DNA of 64,000 nt from Antedon mediterranea (lineage: Eukaryota; Animalia; Echinodermata): the NCBI RefSeq assembly GCF_964355755.1, contig NC_092680.1, positions 18,113,045 to 18,177,044 on the forward strand, read 5' to 3'. This document shows, piece after piece, positions 13,694 to 26,914 of the stretch. A model generated the notes under the pieces. The model saw only the letters and a list, made by a program, of their open reading frames with translations, was not told the DNA's origin and did no database searches. The translations under genes were made by a program, and so were the position numbers. Positions within the stretch are counted from its first letter, which is position 1; each line of letters opens with the position of its first letter.

Positions 13694-15798
13694 GGTCACA
13701 GTGCATTTCGGCCGCCAATCATTTCGGCCGCCGGTTATGGAACGACCAAATTCATGAAACTCCAAAAAGGACAAAATATGGCATGATCATTTCGGCCGCC
13801 AGGTATGGCGCGCCAAATTGAAATAGCCAGAAATAACTGCACAGTATTACAGTGAAAAAAATAACTTTACCAAGTCTATAGAACGCCACAGAGAACTATG
13901 GTCATTTAAACCAGAGATCAGTTGTGCAATGACCTAAATACATTTTTTTTGCCGTAGATTTAAAGTTATATTATTTTAACGTCTGAATATTTTGGTCAAA
14001 ATGAATATTGATTAAATGTTTATTTTTTTTATATTACAGGTCCCGAAAATGCGTGTGCTTTGTAAAAATGTGTTTCATTATGAATATAATAAATGTAAAA
14101 CCATGGAGAATTGGTAAAACATACGAATAAAAGTGTTTTTGACTGGCACATAAAAAAACTTCAGCATCACCTCCTTCTTATTAAAGAAAATGATAGCTTT
14201 GCGATATAAGGGAAGTTTCATTTATAATTTCCAAACAAAATGCCCTAGGATGAGTTTTACAAGGCTCATTAAACATTAGTGCCTTGGGTACACACACATG
14301 ATCTTTGAAAACGCTGGTAACGATACCGTACATATCTGAGGTGATTTTTCTTTGTCATTGTCGGACGCATTTCGTCATAAAATATTTGTTTAAAAAAACA
14401 AAGGCGGGCTAAAGATCCGACGCTAAACAGTTATGCGCTAAACAAGTAGGCGTATCTTTTTTTATAATGTGGTCTTCTTTTGGCACACTTCATATTAAAT
14501 TCAATAAACATGCGATGACGCGCGATGCATTGTTTATTTTTTTTTCCAAATAATATCCAAGGAAGAGGGTTCGATCAATTACGCGGAGATTCTTTTTTTT
14601 CTCATTCAAATCAGATAATTATCGGATAAATGCGATAATTTTTAACCTTTGACATGAAGGAAAAATTGTTGCAATGTGATTGGGCACCTGGTTGTTTGGT
14701 AATGACCGATCATGCGCACTTTTATTGGTTGAAAAATTAACCGATATTTTTTGTTTTGGCTGCGGAAGCGGCCGTTTGCGCTGCACGCCTTGCCGCTAAA
14801 ACTACAAATTCCGGGATTCCCCCTTTTATGTAAATGGTGACGTTTTTTCTATATAAAATAAAAGCTATACATTTTAAAGTAAAACTGGTGTAGGGCTACG
14901 TATCAGTCGGCAATGAGATTGTTTTTAATGTATCGAAAAGCGGGCAATCCTGCTGGCGACAGCGTCCAACAGTTGGAATGTATAAGGCTTAGGTTAGGGA
15001 TAGTGTCTTACCGTAATCATTCACAACAGTTAGCTGATAGATACCAAGTATTTATAAGAGACACTAGTTTTAATGTTTTGATTTGTCCACTATATTCTAT
15101 ATCGTATGCGTATTGTACTTTTTTTATTTCTACATATTATTATTATCCATACCCCAAACGAGGCTCATAACCACAATATTTCCCATTTTTTCAATTGTAT
15201 TTTTTCATTATTTAAGCACTTGAGTTTACATGTACCCCAAACGTATTAAAAGTTACCGGTATCTGTTTGACAGCAAAAAGATTAGATTGATAGCTAGGCG
15301 CGGTACAGAAACAATGTCCTAAGTTGTTATCGATATAAATAATGAAGTATTAATACTGTTAAACATTTAAATAATACAATTTGCAAAATATAAAAAGGAA
15401 AACCCCAAAACCACTTTATTTTCAAAAAGCACACATACTTCTTGGCACCTGTGAAATAAATTGACAACAAAAATGTATTAGGTTTAATAAACATTCTTAC
15501 ATTATAAATGTAGAGTGCAACGTTTGCTGAAAATATCATTAATATATTCACTGTAGTGATGGCAATGTGCACGCCATAAATGTTTCTGGAATTGAAGACC
15601 GCCGATTCGGCTTAATAATACAGTATTAGTAAAATATTAACATTTTAACACACATGGCGTGTCATACATATTCAAGAATAATTACAAGTCTGGCGGCCGA
15701 AATGAACAATACATATTTTGTCCTTTTTGGCGTTTCATGAATTTGGCAATTCCATAACCGGCGGCCGAAATGACTGGCGGCCGAAATGATCAGACACC
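13694..15798. mobile_element. Non-autonomous DNA transposon, ~110-bp TIRs, 8(-9)-bp TSD (Merlin- or MULE-like), unit 1 only
   Basis: GG...CC termini; TIRs with repeated CATTTCGGCCGCC; TSD CTTTCATT at 13686-13693 and 15799-15806; empty sites at 38165-38172 and 63453-63460. Confidence 0.85.
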
Positions 15799-16261
15799 CT
15801 TTCATTGTGTTAAATTATAAAGACCAACACTATCGAGTTTAATTAACGCTCAGCCACAGGTGGAAATGTCAGGCATTTACGATATAAACAAACGTTGTCA
15901 AGATATGTTTTTTATAATAGTTATATTGTATTTGTTCGTTATCACTGATTTGTAATATATAAACAATAAAAATGAACTTCCACACATCCTACAAAAGCCG
16001 GGACTTGCATAGAAAGAATGCCATCTACAGTCTAGTCCCAGCCTGTCCGTAAATAGTCCAGGGGTTCTCAACAGGCCGGCCGGGCCAAATGCGGCTCGTT
16101 GGTGAATTTCATATGGCATGCAAAGAGATACTGCTAGGCCAGGGGTTCTCAACAGGCGGATCGCGGACCAAAATGCGACTCGTGGGTGCATATGGCATGC
16201 AAAGAGATACTGCTAAAAAGTTTACTCCTTAGCGGCATGCCTACCGTAAGAAGGTCTTTAA

Positions 16262-17870
16262 AGGGGGGTTCCAGGTTTAAAATGAATAGTAAAAAATGTA
16301 AAATATATTTGTTTGTCTCTTGAACGGTAAAAGTTTCAATTTATATAAGCGCCCAGTGAAGCAGAACGAAGGCTGTGAAATGAGGCCAGATTACAAGTGC
16401 AGCTACGGCAAAATCACACTGTGGTTACAGAATAGGAAATTCGTGAAATGGTCAATCTTCTGACGACTCGTTATCATTAACCATATCAATTACTTTTGTA
16501 AAATTATACTTATCTGATGTAATTTTAGTCGGTCTTCCCATTTATAAAGTCAATTTTCTATGAAAATCCATCAAAACAGTGAAAAATTAGATAAGTTTGC
16601 ACTTTACGTTTGCCGATTTTCGCAAAGCCTTCAAAATCAATGAAGCGTAACGTATACATTCCTGCTGAGCGAGGAGAGCGAGACGACGATACACGTGCTC
16701 TCTCTGCCCATGCCTGGCATCGTTACGTGATAAGCAGATACAGTATACAGTATACAATACCAAACTGGTCGGGTCGAGTATACCCCATCTATAATCACAA
16801 CATGAACGATGTACAGTATTTGATTGAAGGTCGACTCAACCTACCGGAATGGTATAGATAATATCTGCTCGAATGAGAGAGTTGGAATATTTGTAAACAT
16901 AAGTACAGTATTGCTAATTTTAACAAGTGTAGCCTAAGTAAAAGGCCTGGTAGTATCAATTCGCATAGGGTCTACTACACTAGCTAGCTCAATTTTTAAC
17001 TGGGCCGGATCGGCTAGGCTAGGCTAGGTCTCCTTCCTACTACCGGTCTACTTGCTTGATGCAGTATCCGCTTTTTTGGAGAGTAAACCAGGCCTACTTA
17101 TTAGACGATCGGGACACCATACGTGCGGACGGCGATCGGACCTTGTTTTGCCTCAATATTTACAGCCGATTTTTGTAGAACGTTTTAGGTTTAGGAGTTT
17201 GGTTGATAGGATGGGTTTGGAATCCACTGAGTTTTGTTATTTATGGGCCAATCGTTTAGTAATAGGCTAGCTAGGCCCATGAATGATGGCCCCAATGTTT
17301 TAACGTAGCCATCGTGGCATGGAATCCCTAGTCAGAAATGGCTCTCACCCCGGCATGAATAAAATGATTTAGGCTAGGCCTAGCCTAGTACGTGAAGCCG
17401 ATATACGATCTGTACTATTAATTCGAGGTATAAAAATAGTATAATTTATGACTCCGTAATCTGTACTAAATTTTGTATTTCATTAGGCCTAAATGTCAAA
17501 TAAATATATGCTACTACTGTTATTATTACACTTTAGGCCTAGCTTAGCAAATCTACAAAAAATGTATTTCACAATGATCGGGTGGTCGTCGTTTGACAGA
17601 GAGAGAACACAACGTACAAGCTTGACGTCGCGAGTTTGGAATCCACTGATGACGTGATTTTGTGAATATCTCATGAATATTAATGAGCTTCTCTAAGCTG
17701 CTGAAAAACAGATTTTCCATAAATTTACCCTAAAATGTATATGAAATTTAATTTTTTTAATTTCTCGTTATTACTTCTTCATTCTGACATGTCTACAGTA
17801 TATTGTTATAATATTTTTTATTTAATAAATAAACGATATTTAAAAGCAATTTTAAACCCAGAATCCCCCT
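16262..17870. mobile_element. Non-autonomous Kolobok-like DNA transposon
   Basis: TTAA on both sides; TIR AGGGGGGTTCCAGGTTTAAAAT vs AGGGGGATTCTGGGTTTAAAAT; purine-purine termini; no ORF. Confidence 0.8.
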
Positions 17871-18177
17871 TTAAATATTAGCAGCAACCGGAACCGGCAC
17901 ATCAACCGTCTAGTTCTATTTTTCAAATGTTCTTAGCTCAGCCCAGCCCCAATCATGGTGGGACTGGTCGGTCCTGGAAACAAAGTGCCATTTCCCGTTT
18001 CTTTTATCTTTGTAGGCCTACTCCATGACCCAAAGCCCTTGTTACATGGCTGTTCCAGCATATAATATCTGGCCCGCGGCGACATTTGTAAATTGCAATA
18101 TGGCCCACGGTAGAAACTGTTGAGAACCTCAGACATAGGCTAATAACTAAAAAATAAAATATAAGTTGTATCTGAAC

Positions 18178-18305
18178 CGTTAACTGATAACACAAGCCCG
18201 TCTGGTGATGAAAGTTTTGTCACATTTAGTTCTTCTCTGGTACTCAAGTCATTCAGCTTCGCGCGCTCTATCTTGGCGTAAGAGTAATCAGCCCAGTACA
18301 GGTAT
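18178..18305 (-). CDS. Exon C, unit 1: YWTD blade (LYWAD)
   Basis: YLYWADYSYAKIERAKLNDLSTREELNVTKLSSPDGLVLSVN; acceptor TTTTATAG; weak donor G|GTTCAG gives the in-frame join VN-D-GKMYW; 128 nt, phase 2-1. Confidence 0.88.
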
Positions 18306-18657
18306 CTATAAAATAAAGCATAATGATTTCTCGTATTTATAACGTCCGTGTGTACAGATTTATAATACAACTATTACAACCGGAACAGACACAAATATTT
18401 AATTTCATTATTAATAAGAACACCAAAGGAAATTAATAAAATTAATCAAATCAATATTCAATTTTGATCTACGTCATTTAAAAAAAATTATTTTGTTAAA
18501 AGGGTAATGTGAAAAAGCCCTGCATAGAGCAGAGATAGATTGATTTGCATACGGTAAGTAAACCGCTCAGTAGGTGATTCATTTGTAGACGTTTATAATG
18601 AGAACCCACCTAAGCAAGATTTGAACCCGGTTTCTTCTGATTAGATAAGCTACATAC

Positions 18658-18811
18658 CCGTTAACAGTATCTATCGCAAAACCGACTAATAATGTATTAA
18701 AAAGAACTGTTCTGCCTGTTCCATTGAGATTTATTACTTCGATTCGGTCTTCTGTGTCATCCGTCCAATAGAGTTTATTTCCAATTACATCAACGGCAAT
18801 ACCAGTGACAT
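18658..18811 (-). CDS. Exon B, unit 1: YWTD blade (LYWTD)
   Basis: [51 protein letters not shown], read manually (not in the ORF track); donor GG|GTATGT; 154 nt, phase 1-2. Confidence 0.9.
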
Positions 18812-19009
18812 CTTAATTAATGAGAAATATCATTTTTATATTATTGTTTTGGGTTAACATTACCTTGAAACATTACCTCATACAGCCTCATAATATGTAT
18901 TAGGCCTAACTTATATTTTAATTCTTGTCAAGTTCTTCTTCACGGCTGTCAATAGTACATTCTACTTGATAATTAATTGAACATAAAAAGAATAATGTCT
19001 TGTTCTTAC

Positions 19010-19260
19010 ATCTAACTCCAGTAGAAACCAAAAGATCGTGCTGATTATTGGCAAATGAATATGATTCAATGGCATCTCCTCTAGTAGAAGAAGACCAGTA
19101 TAACGTTAATGTGTTGGGATTATAATCAAGAGCCGTAATACCGCCTGGTGTTGGTGACACTGTCTGCGGCAATGCTTCCACAAGTTTAAAGTTGTGTTTG
19201 TCAGACTGATGTTTGAATAATAAATGGTATCTTCACCACCTACGAACACAATATCACGTC
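19010..19260 (-). pseudogene. Exon A, unit 1: propeller N-terminal strand and first blade (LYWSS), with a 1-bp frameshift
   Basis: 251 nt, not frame-preserving; CACAAGTTT at 19179-19187 vs CACAAAGTTT in unit 2; the shifted frame reaches TAA inside the exon. Confidence 0.8.
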
Positions 19261-20259
19261 CTGTAAGATAATAACGTTACATCGAATACAATAACTTAAA
19301 TAATACAAATACAATAACTTAATACCAGTACGTTCTAATAAATGAAACACGAATACAGAATTGTTGTAAAAAAACGTTTTTGTTACCTCTGTGCATCCGA
19401 CAGACAGCGTAACACAAACTACAAATTATAATTATAGTTAATATCTAGGCCTAATTTGTTAGGTAAAAACGAAAGCTCCCTCTATAGTGTAAAACATCCT
19501 AATTCTATAACAACAAACCTAATTTCTGAAAACACTGTCAAGTAAACTTTACTTTCAGAAAATAATATATTACAATATTAATAGAAGACATATAGTTTAT
19601 TATTATTAATTAATTTTTTTGTAAGAATTATGGAAATTAGAGAGAGCTAACCGTACCTTTATGCATACCGTAACATAGTTATATTGCGAAGGTAACCTGT
19701 TAAGTACATGTAGATGTACACTGTAATATATATTTTTGTTAAAATTATTGTGTAGTTTAATAGTCAGTTTGTATGATACATGATTATATTTAACCGTATT
19801 TATATTTTTTTTTTCTAAAAACGCATAATTATATTAAGGTCATGTCTTGAAGTCGATACTTACCATAAACGAATCCTATGCGTAACGTCACTAGACACAT
19901 TGCAAACAATAGAGATGTCATCATGTTACTTCTATATACAAGAACAACAAATCTGTTATCAAGGATTCATGACAACTTAATTATATCTTGTTGTTAGTTT
20001 ACTGTACATGTCAAACGAAAACTATGCATAATAATATTAATAATAAATATTGTGTTATAATACCATAAATTCTGTGCTTCAAGCTATTTTACATGGATAC
20101 AATTTATCGAAAACGTTGATCAAATAAATGTAATTATTGCATGAATTGCTTTCATTGTAGGCATATATTTATCAGCAGTCAAAAAAGAACATGAGCGATG
20201 GAGCGCGCCCTCTATTGACTTCTGCTAAATCAGACTTATATGACGAGTAAAAAAAATTT

Positions 20260-21156
20260 CGCATCCCGGCAGGAGTTAATAAGCGTATAAGTCAATTATC
20301 AAGCGACGAAGAAACATTCGAAAACACCAAGCAACTATACAGCGAAGCACTTCGAACAAGCGGACACAAAGATAACTTACTCTACACCCACCACTCCGCA
20401 TCCGGTATAAGAAGAAACAGAGGGAGAAACATAATATGGTCCAACCCACCATTCAGTACGAACATTAAGACAAATGTCGCACGAACCTTTTTACAATTAA
20501 TTAAAAAACATTTTCCCAATGGACACGTATTACATAAAATATTTAATAAGAACAATGAGTAAGCTATAGTTGTATGCCATGTGTAAAAAATGTAATTAAC
20601 AAGCATAACCACAATGTACTGAACCCCCATACAGAACGAGAAAGTGCGTGCAATTGCCGCAACAAACCCAATTCCCCCTAAATGGTTCATGCCTCGCATC
20701 TGAAATTGTCTACTCCACCGACGTCATAACCAATAACGAAACTAAGACATATATTGGTATGACGGGTGGGCAGTTTAAAACTAGGTTTAACAATCACGAG
20801 AAATCTTTCAAAAAAGAAACGTACAGTAAAGAATCCGAGCTCTCAAAGTACGTATGGTCTTTGAAAAGTAATGTTTATTAAATGGTAAGTAATTAAATAT
20901 TCCTCCACTAAGAATGCCGATTATAGGCGTTGTAGTCTTTGTCTAGATGAAAAGCTATGTATTCTAAATGCAAACAAAACAAATTTGCTAAACAAAAGGT
21001 CTGAACTGATTTCAAAATGTCGTCATAGCAAGAAAATGTACATACCACCTGACTAAAGCCTTATAACACCTTGAGATACGGTATTTTTCAGTCTATCTGA
21101 AGATCGTTTAACGTGAAACACCGTGCAATAGACGCCCGTGTTCTATATAATTCATA
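20260..21156 (+). mobile_element. Penelope-like retroelement 3' fragment (RT thumb to GIY-YIG), possibly Naiad-type; copy at ~43359-44261
   Basis: RNIIW.NPPFS, KVSYSCMP, CNCR, YIGMT..FKTRFNNH, NKRSELISKCRH across frameshifts; ends in a hammerhead-like motif and (TA)n. Confidence 0.85.
21091..21133 (+). ncRNA. Type I hammerhead-like motif at the PLE 3' end (copy at 44196-44238)
   Basis: GTCTAT-CTGAAGA-short stem II-GAAA-CAC/GTG-CA-ATAGAC; 6-bp stem I; C at the position normally U16.1, so possibly inactive. Confidence 0.6.
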
Positions 21157-21209
21157 AATATATATATATATATATATAAATCAATGATGTTGCGTAGCAC
21201 TGTGTAAAT

Positions 21210-22880
<1,671 letters not shown>

Positions 22881-22995
22881 CTTAAACAAATCAGGCAAAG
22901 AACATTAATTCTAAACCGCCCGGTAATATACTGAAATTTAATTAATTAATTCGAAACGATAAAGATGAGGAAATCTGTGAGAATGAGAAAAAGTC

Positions 22996-23060
22996 GCCCC
23001 AACCGAGACTCGGACCGCCTGCTTGATATGCAGATGTCCTAACCATTAGACCACTGGGGC
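22996..23060 (-). mobile_element. tRNA-like (Glu/Asp-like) module with oligo-T terminator; copy at ~47028-47097
   Basis: GCCCCAGTGGTCTAATGGTTAGGACATCTGC...GGTTGGGGC followed by TTTTT; A box intact, T arm eroded. Confidence 0.55.
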
Positions 23061-23473
23061 TTTCATGGTATTGTTCGAACTTGATTGGATAGCGACTCTT
23101 TAACATTCTCGGCGTGGTACGGCGGAACAGCACTAGTCCTCAGTTGTACGGACGCGCACCAGAGATCAAATTGATACGCCCTCATCTTACAGTATTTTTA
23201 TTCACGAGGCGGGATCTCCGAAGAGATACTTTTATATATATAAACAAATCAGGCAAAGAACATTAATTCTAAACCGCCCGGTAATATACTGAAATTTAAT
23301 TAATTAATTCGAAACGATAAAGATGAGGAAATCTGTGAGAATGAGAAAAAGTATATATATATATATATGTTCATTGCCTAATGTGTTTATATATATATAT
23401 ATTGTGAGGGTGTTTTATTTGTTGTATGAGAGAATGTATCTGGTGGGTGAAAATCTGTGATAACACCATATAT

Positions 23474-23545
23474 GGCTCTGTAGGCTAGTGGTATGATACT
23501 CGCTCTGTAAGCGAAAGATCGCAGGTTGAAATACCGCCAGAGACA
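23474..23545 (+). mobile_element. tRNA-Pro-derived head of a (TA)n-bounded repeat (copies ~27719, ~47448, ~51708, and both palindrome arms)
   Basis: GGCTCTGT.G.CTAGTGGTATGATACTCGC...GCGA.AG resembles tRNA-Pro; followed by a T-run and a conserved body. Confidence 0.65.
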
Positions 23546-24434
23546 TTTTTTCAACATTTGTTTACAACTAAAAATACGGAAGTTTCGGCGATGAGCTATG
23601 CTCGACGCGATTATGAGATCATGGTCCGAATATGAGCACTGTTTTAATAATTTGACAGTATGATTTATTTGATCTCTGGTGCGCGTGCGTACCATTTGAG
23701 GGAATAGTGCTGAAATCTGTGAAAATAAGAAAAAGTTGTTTCAACCGAGATTCGAACCCGGCATTAAAAACTTATTTTGTGTTAAAAACCTTCTGAAGGT
23801 CACCGAATATCACCAAACACACTGATTGTTCACACTATATTAGTCACAAATTCACTGATACTTATCCGATATTTTTCTGGAAAAGTCAAATTTGTTCAAA
23901 GTTTAATAATCTTTACAGCAATATAAATATTAATAACTAAATGCTACGTATTTTTTTCCGGAAGTTTGATTCCAGTCGTGAAAACAGTAACATCGATTAA
24001 ATTACCATGCTATGATAAATACAAATTCCTCTAAAACCAAAACCGCCAAGCTTAATTTATTCTGTAAATAATGTCTAAAGGTGCGTTTGATTGGTTCTTT
24101 TTACGGACTAATCACATTTGTGAAGTCTCCTATCGTTACGTACAGAATAGCCATGATAATTCGGGTATATTTATTGTCCAAAAACAGACGATCAATGATA
24201 CAAATAGCTAAAAGACTGAAACCGTAACCTTTTACATAAAAAAGTTTAAAATTTATAAGAAAATATCCTATATGTAAAAAAAAAAATGTATAAAATGTAT
24301 AGACAATTAAATATAAGGAAAGAAAACGACATTAATACGAAGTAAAGGACATAAAAAAAGTCTAAGGTGTATAATTAAAGAGTCTGATTAGGGCTGGAAT
24401 AGCTGACTTTCAGCGTCTCTCAGTACGACAAAAG

Positions 24435-25065
24435 GATCTCTTTCCTGAATAAACTTAATACGCTTACCATGTACGTTTAAAGAGGTATGCCAGACACAGC
24501 AAGCATACCGGGTATTCTAAACACGGCCTAATATTTGGTATTAAACACTACCATGACATTTCGATGGTTTCGGAAGCATCTGATTATTAGTGCACTAGAG
24601 TTCAATCTCATTAAACATACATTGCATAGAGGAATCACAACCCTTTTTAAAAATTTCACCAAAGGTAAAACCGTCAGCATATTTCCATTGCCTGCAGTTT
24701 CCCTCACAAGCATCATTAATGAGGATGAGAAAGAGCACAGGCCTCAACCTCGTACCTTGCGGTACCCACAAGTAATTTGGCGTGTAGATGATATATTAGT
24801 GCCGATTTTGAATTAGTAACTCTATTGGAAAGAAAACAGCAGACGATGGGTATGATAGATGGTGTAACACTAATTGAAATTATCTTATTAATTAAAACTG
24901 TGTGCTCCACACGATCGAACGCTTTGGTGAAATCTATAGCACAGACACTGACTAACAGCTTTTACCATCAACATCTTTAAAAACAGAAGAGTCAAGCATG
25001 GTAATTAAATAATGAGAAGTCGAAAAGCCTCTTCTACTACCGAACTGTTTGAAGTCCAAATTAAG
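24435..25065 (-). mobile_element. Degraded LINE RT fragment (CR1/L2 group); copies ~28680-29475, 48400-49020, 52200-52455
   Basis: DFTKAFDRVEH, VPQGT.L.PVLF, YADD motifs with frameshifts. Confidence 0.85.
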
Positions 25066-25755
25066 CAAGCGATCAAAAACATATATAAGGAACCGTTTCT
25101 ATTAAATTATTGCCTGTAAACGGTTTGTTTGAATGACCCGACAACCTTGTTAGCGACTTCAGGGCTGTTGGTGCAAAATAAGTTTGTAATGGAACTTTTT
25201 CTTGATATGCAGATGTCCTAAACATTATACCACTGAGGCTTTCATGATGTTCAAAATTGCACTGATAATAAAATGTATTACTTAATACTTACCCAGATTC
25301 TAAATTCGATTACTTAAACTAGAAATTGCTTACCGACCAATTTACTTACACTGAAAGAGACCGCCTTCATTGTCGTTATATGAAGTAAATTTGATTGTTA
25401 TGTTAATTTGAATCCTAATTTATAAAGATGGTTTTATAAAACGTTCGATAAACCAATTATTGCTACGTTTCGACTATTTTCAATAGCCTTGGTCACGCAA
25501 ATGACCAAGGTAATCCTTGTTATTATGTTCTTTACTTAGGACAAATCTTCTTTTGCATACCGATAGATTTGGCGCTCCCTTTGCCATTCAAATGAAAAAT
25601 GTCTTACTGTGAGTGTGGGTACTGTTAGATATATACAAATAAACTGTATTACTGTGAGTGCGGATAGGCCCTACTGTTAGGTATATAAACACATAATATA
25701 CAAATAAACTGTTGCTTGGTGTATACATGTACTGTACTATTTCAATCGACTATGA

Positions 25756-26577
25756 TTCTCTTCTTATTCAGCAAGATGTTGTTAGGCTTTGCAATTGGTC
25801 TGACACATGGAAAATGTTCTTAAATCCGCTTAAGTGTCAGATTCTTACTTTATCACTTAAAAAACAAATTATTAATTTTGATTACACTATTAACGGACTT
25901 TCTCAGGGTTAACTTTCAAAAGAATCTTGGCATTTATATTGATTCGAAACTTATCTTTAACAAACATGTTGATCATATTATTTTTGCCAAGGAATGTTAG
26001 GTATGCTTAGGCGTCACTGTAAACATATCGATAGTGTTACTTAACTTAAACTTTATATCTCTCTTGTCCGACCTATTTTTGACTTTTCATCAACAATTTA
26101 CAATTTCATTTCGATCTCGCAATCAAATCGTATGAGTTCAATCCAAATGTATTTACTTTATTAACCACAACAATCCAGGTCCTTTAATTCATCTTCCTCC
26201 GCTTCATACTGGGAGAAGCTTCTTTGATTTGGTATTTCTTTTTAAATGCTTCAACTCCCTTTTTAAATGCAATATTTTATCATTTTTTTCCCCTTGCCCG
26301 TTGTCGAGTCAACGTAACCAAAATTGGTTTCATTCAAAGATTATCCAAGCTTTTTAATTCAATTTCTATTAAGGATAAGACTATCGATATTTTTTTTGAC
26401 ACTTTGTCCAAATTTAAGTCTAAAGTTCTTAAATCGATTTAAGTTTGCCTTTCTGTATGTTTCATGTTTTGTATTTTTATGTGCTTTTAATTCTATATTT
26501 ACATCTTAAGAGTTTTAAGGCATCCTGTATTTGGCGATTTTTCGCTGTTGGATGTGGTTGAAATAAAATAAAATAAA
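25756..26577 (+). mobile_element. 5'-truncated CR1/L2-group LINE with (AAAAT)n tail; copy ~49845-50547, 3' fragment ~29910-30250
   Basis: QQDVVRLCNWSDTWKMFLNPLKCQIL is RT C-terminal-like; ATGA duplicated at the junctions; empty site GACTATGACAGTG near 53001. Confidence 0.85.
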
Positions 26578-26799
26578 ATGACAGTGACAGTTTTAGCAAA
26601 GTATTAAATTGCAAATGTTTTACTCTATTTAGTGGTATATTATTTATAGGCCTATAAAACATGAAAATAAATTTCGTTACTGATAAAGAATATATTTAAA
26701 AATTGTTCCTCTATGTACCCATCCTCTTCCCCATCCCTAAACCCTAATGTTATATACAAAACACAAATTGGGTTTGTTTAAATGAGTCCAAATCAAAAA

Positions 26800-26914
26800 C
26801 AAGGCCAACAGCCATAAGTCGCGTGCTAAAACGCATAGTGATACCGGACCGACAGACCGACAGACCGACCGACCGACATAGTGAACTATAGAGTCGCGTC
26901 CACGCGATTAAAAA
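26800..26914 (-). mobile_element. Mini Helentron-associated (HINE/DINE-1-like) element; copies 38401-38512, 39856-39965, 40530-40612, 50770-50887
   Basis: 5' TCGCGT..ACGCGA inverted repeat, (GTCG/GTCT)n microsatellite, repeated ACGCGACT subterminal motif, 3' hairpin, T-rich flanks. Confidence 0.7.

Larger units (their letters stand above)
23390..25505. repeat. Older internal duplication: 23390-25505 resembles 27625-29915 (unit 2: ~47365-49470 and 51612-52750)
   Basis: Same order of tRNA-like module, spacer, RT fragment and HHR-like motif; more diverged than the 24-kb units. Confidence 0.9.

Noticed and set aside
19387-19418. Micro-exon or signal-peptide exon upstream of exon A (donor GAG|GTAACA)
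   Set aside because: The signal-like frame (VCVTLSVGCTE) exits in phase 0, incompatible with exon A; the compatible frame has TGA in unit 2.
23474-23545. Functional tRNA genes
   Set aside because: tRNA-Pro-like body with a non-matching anticodon loop and broken arms, always attached to a repeat body.
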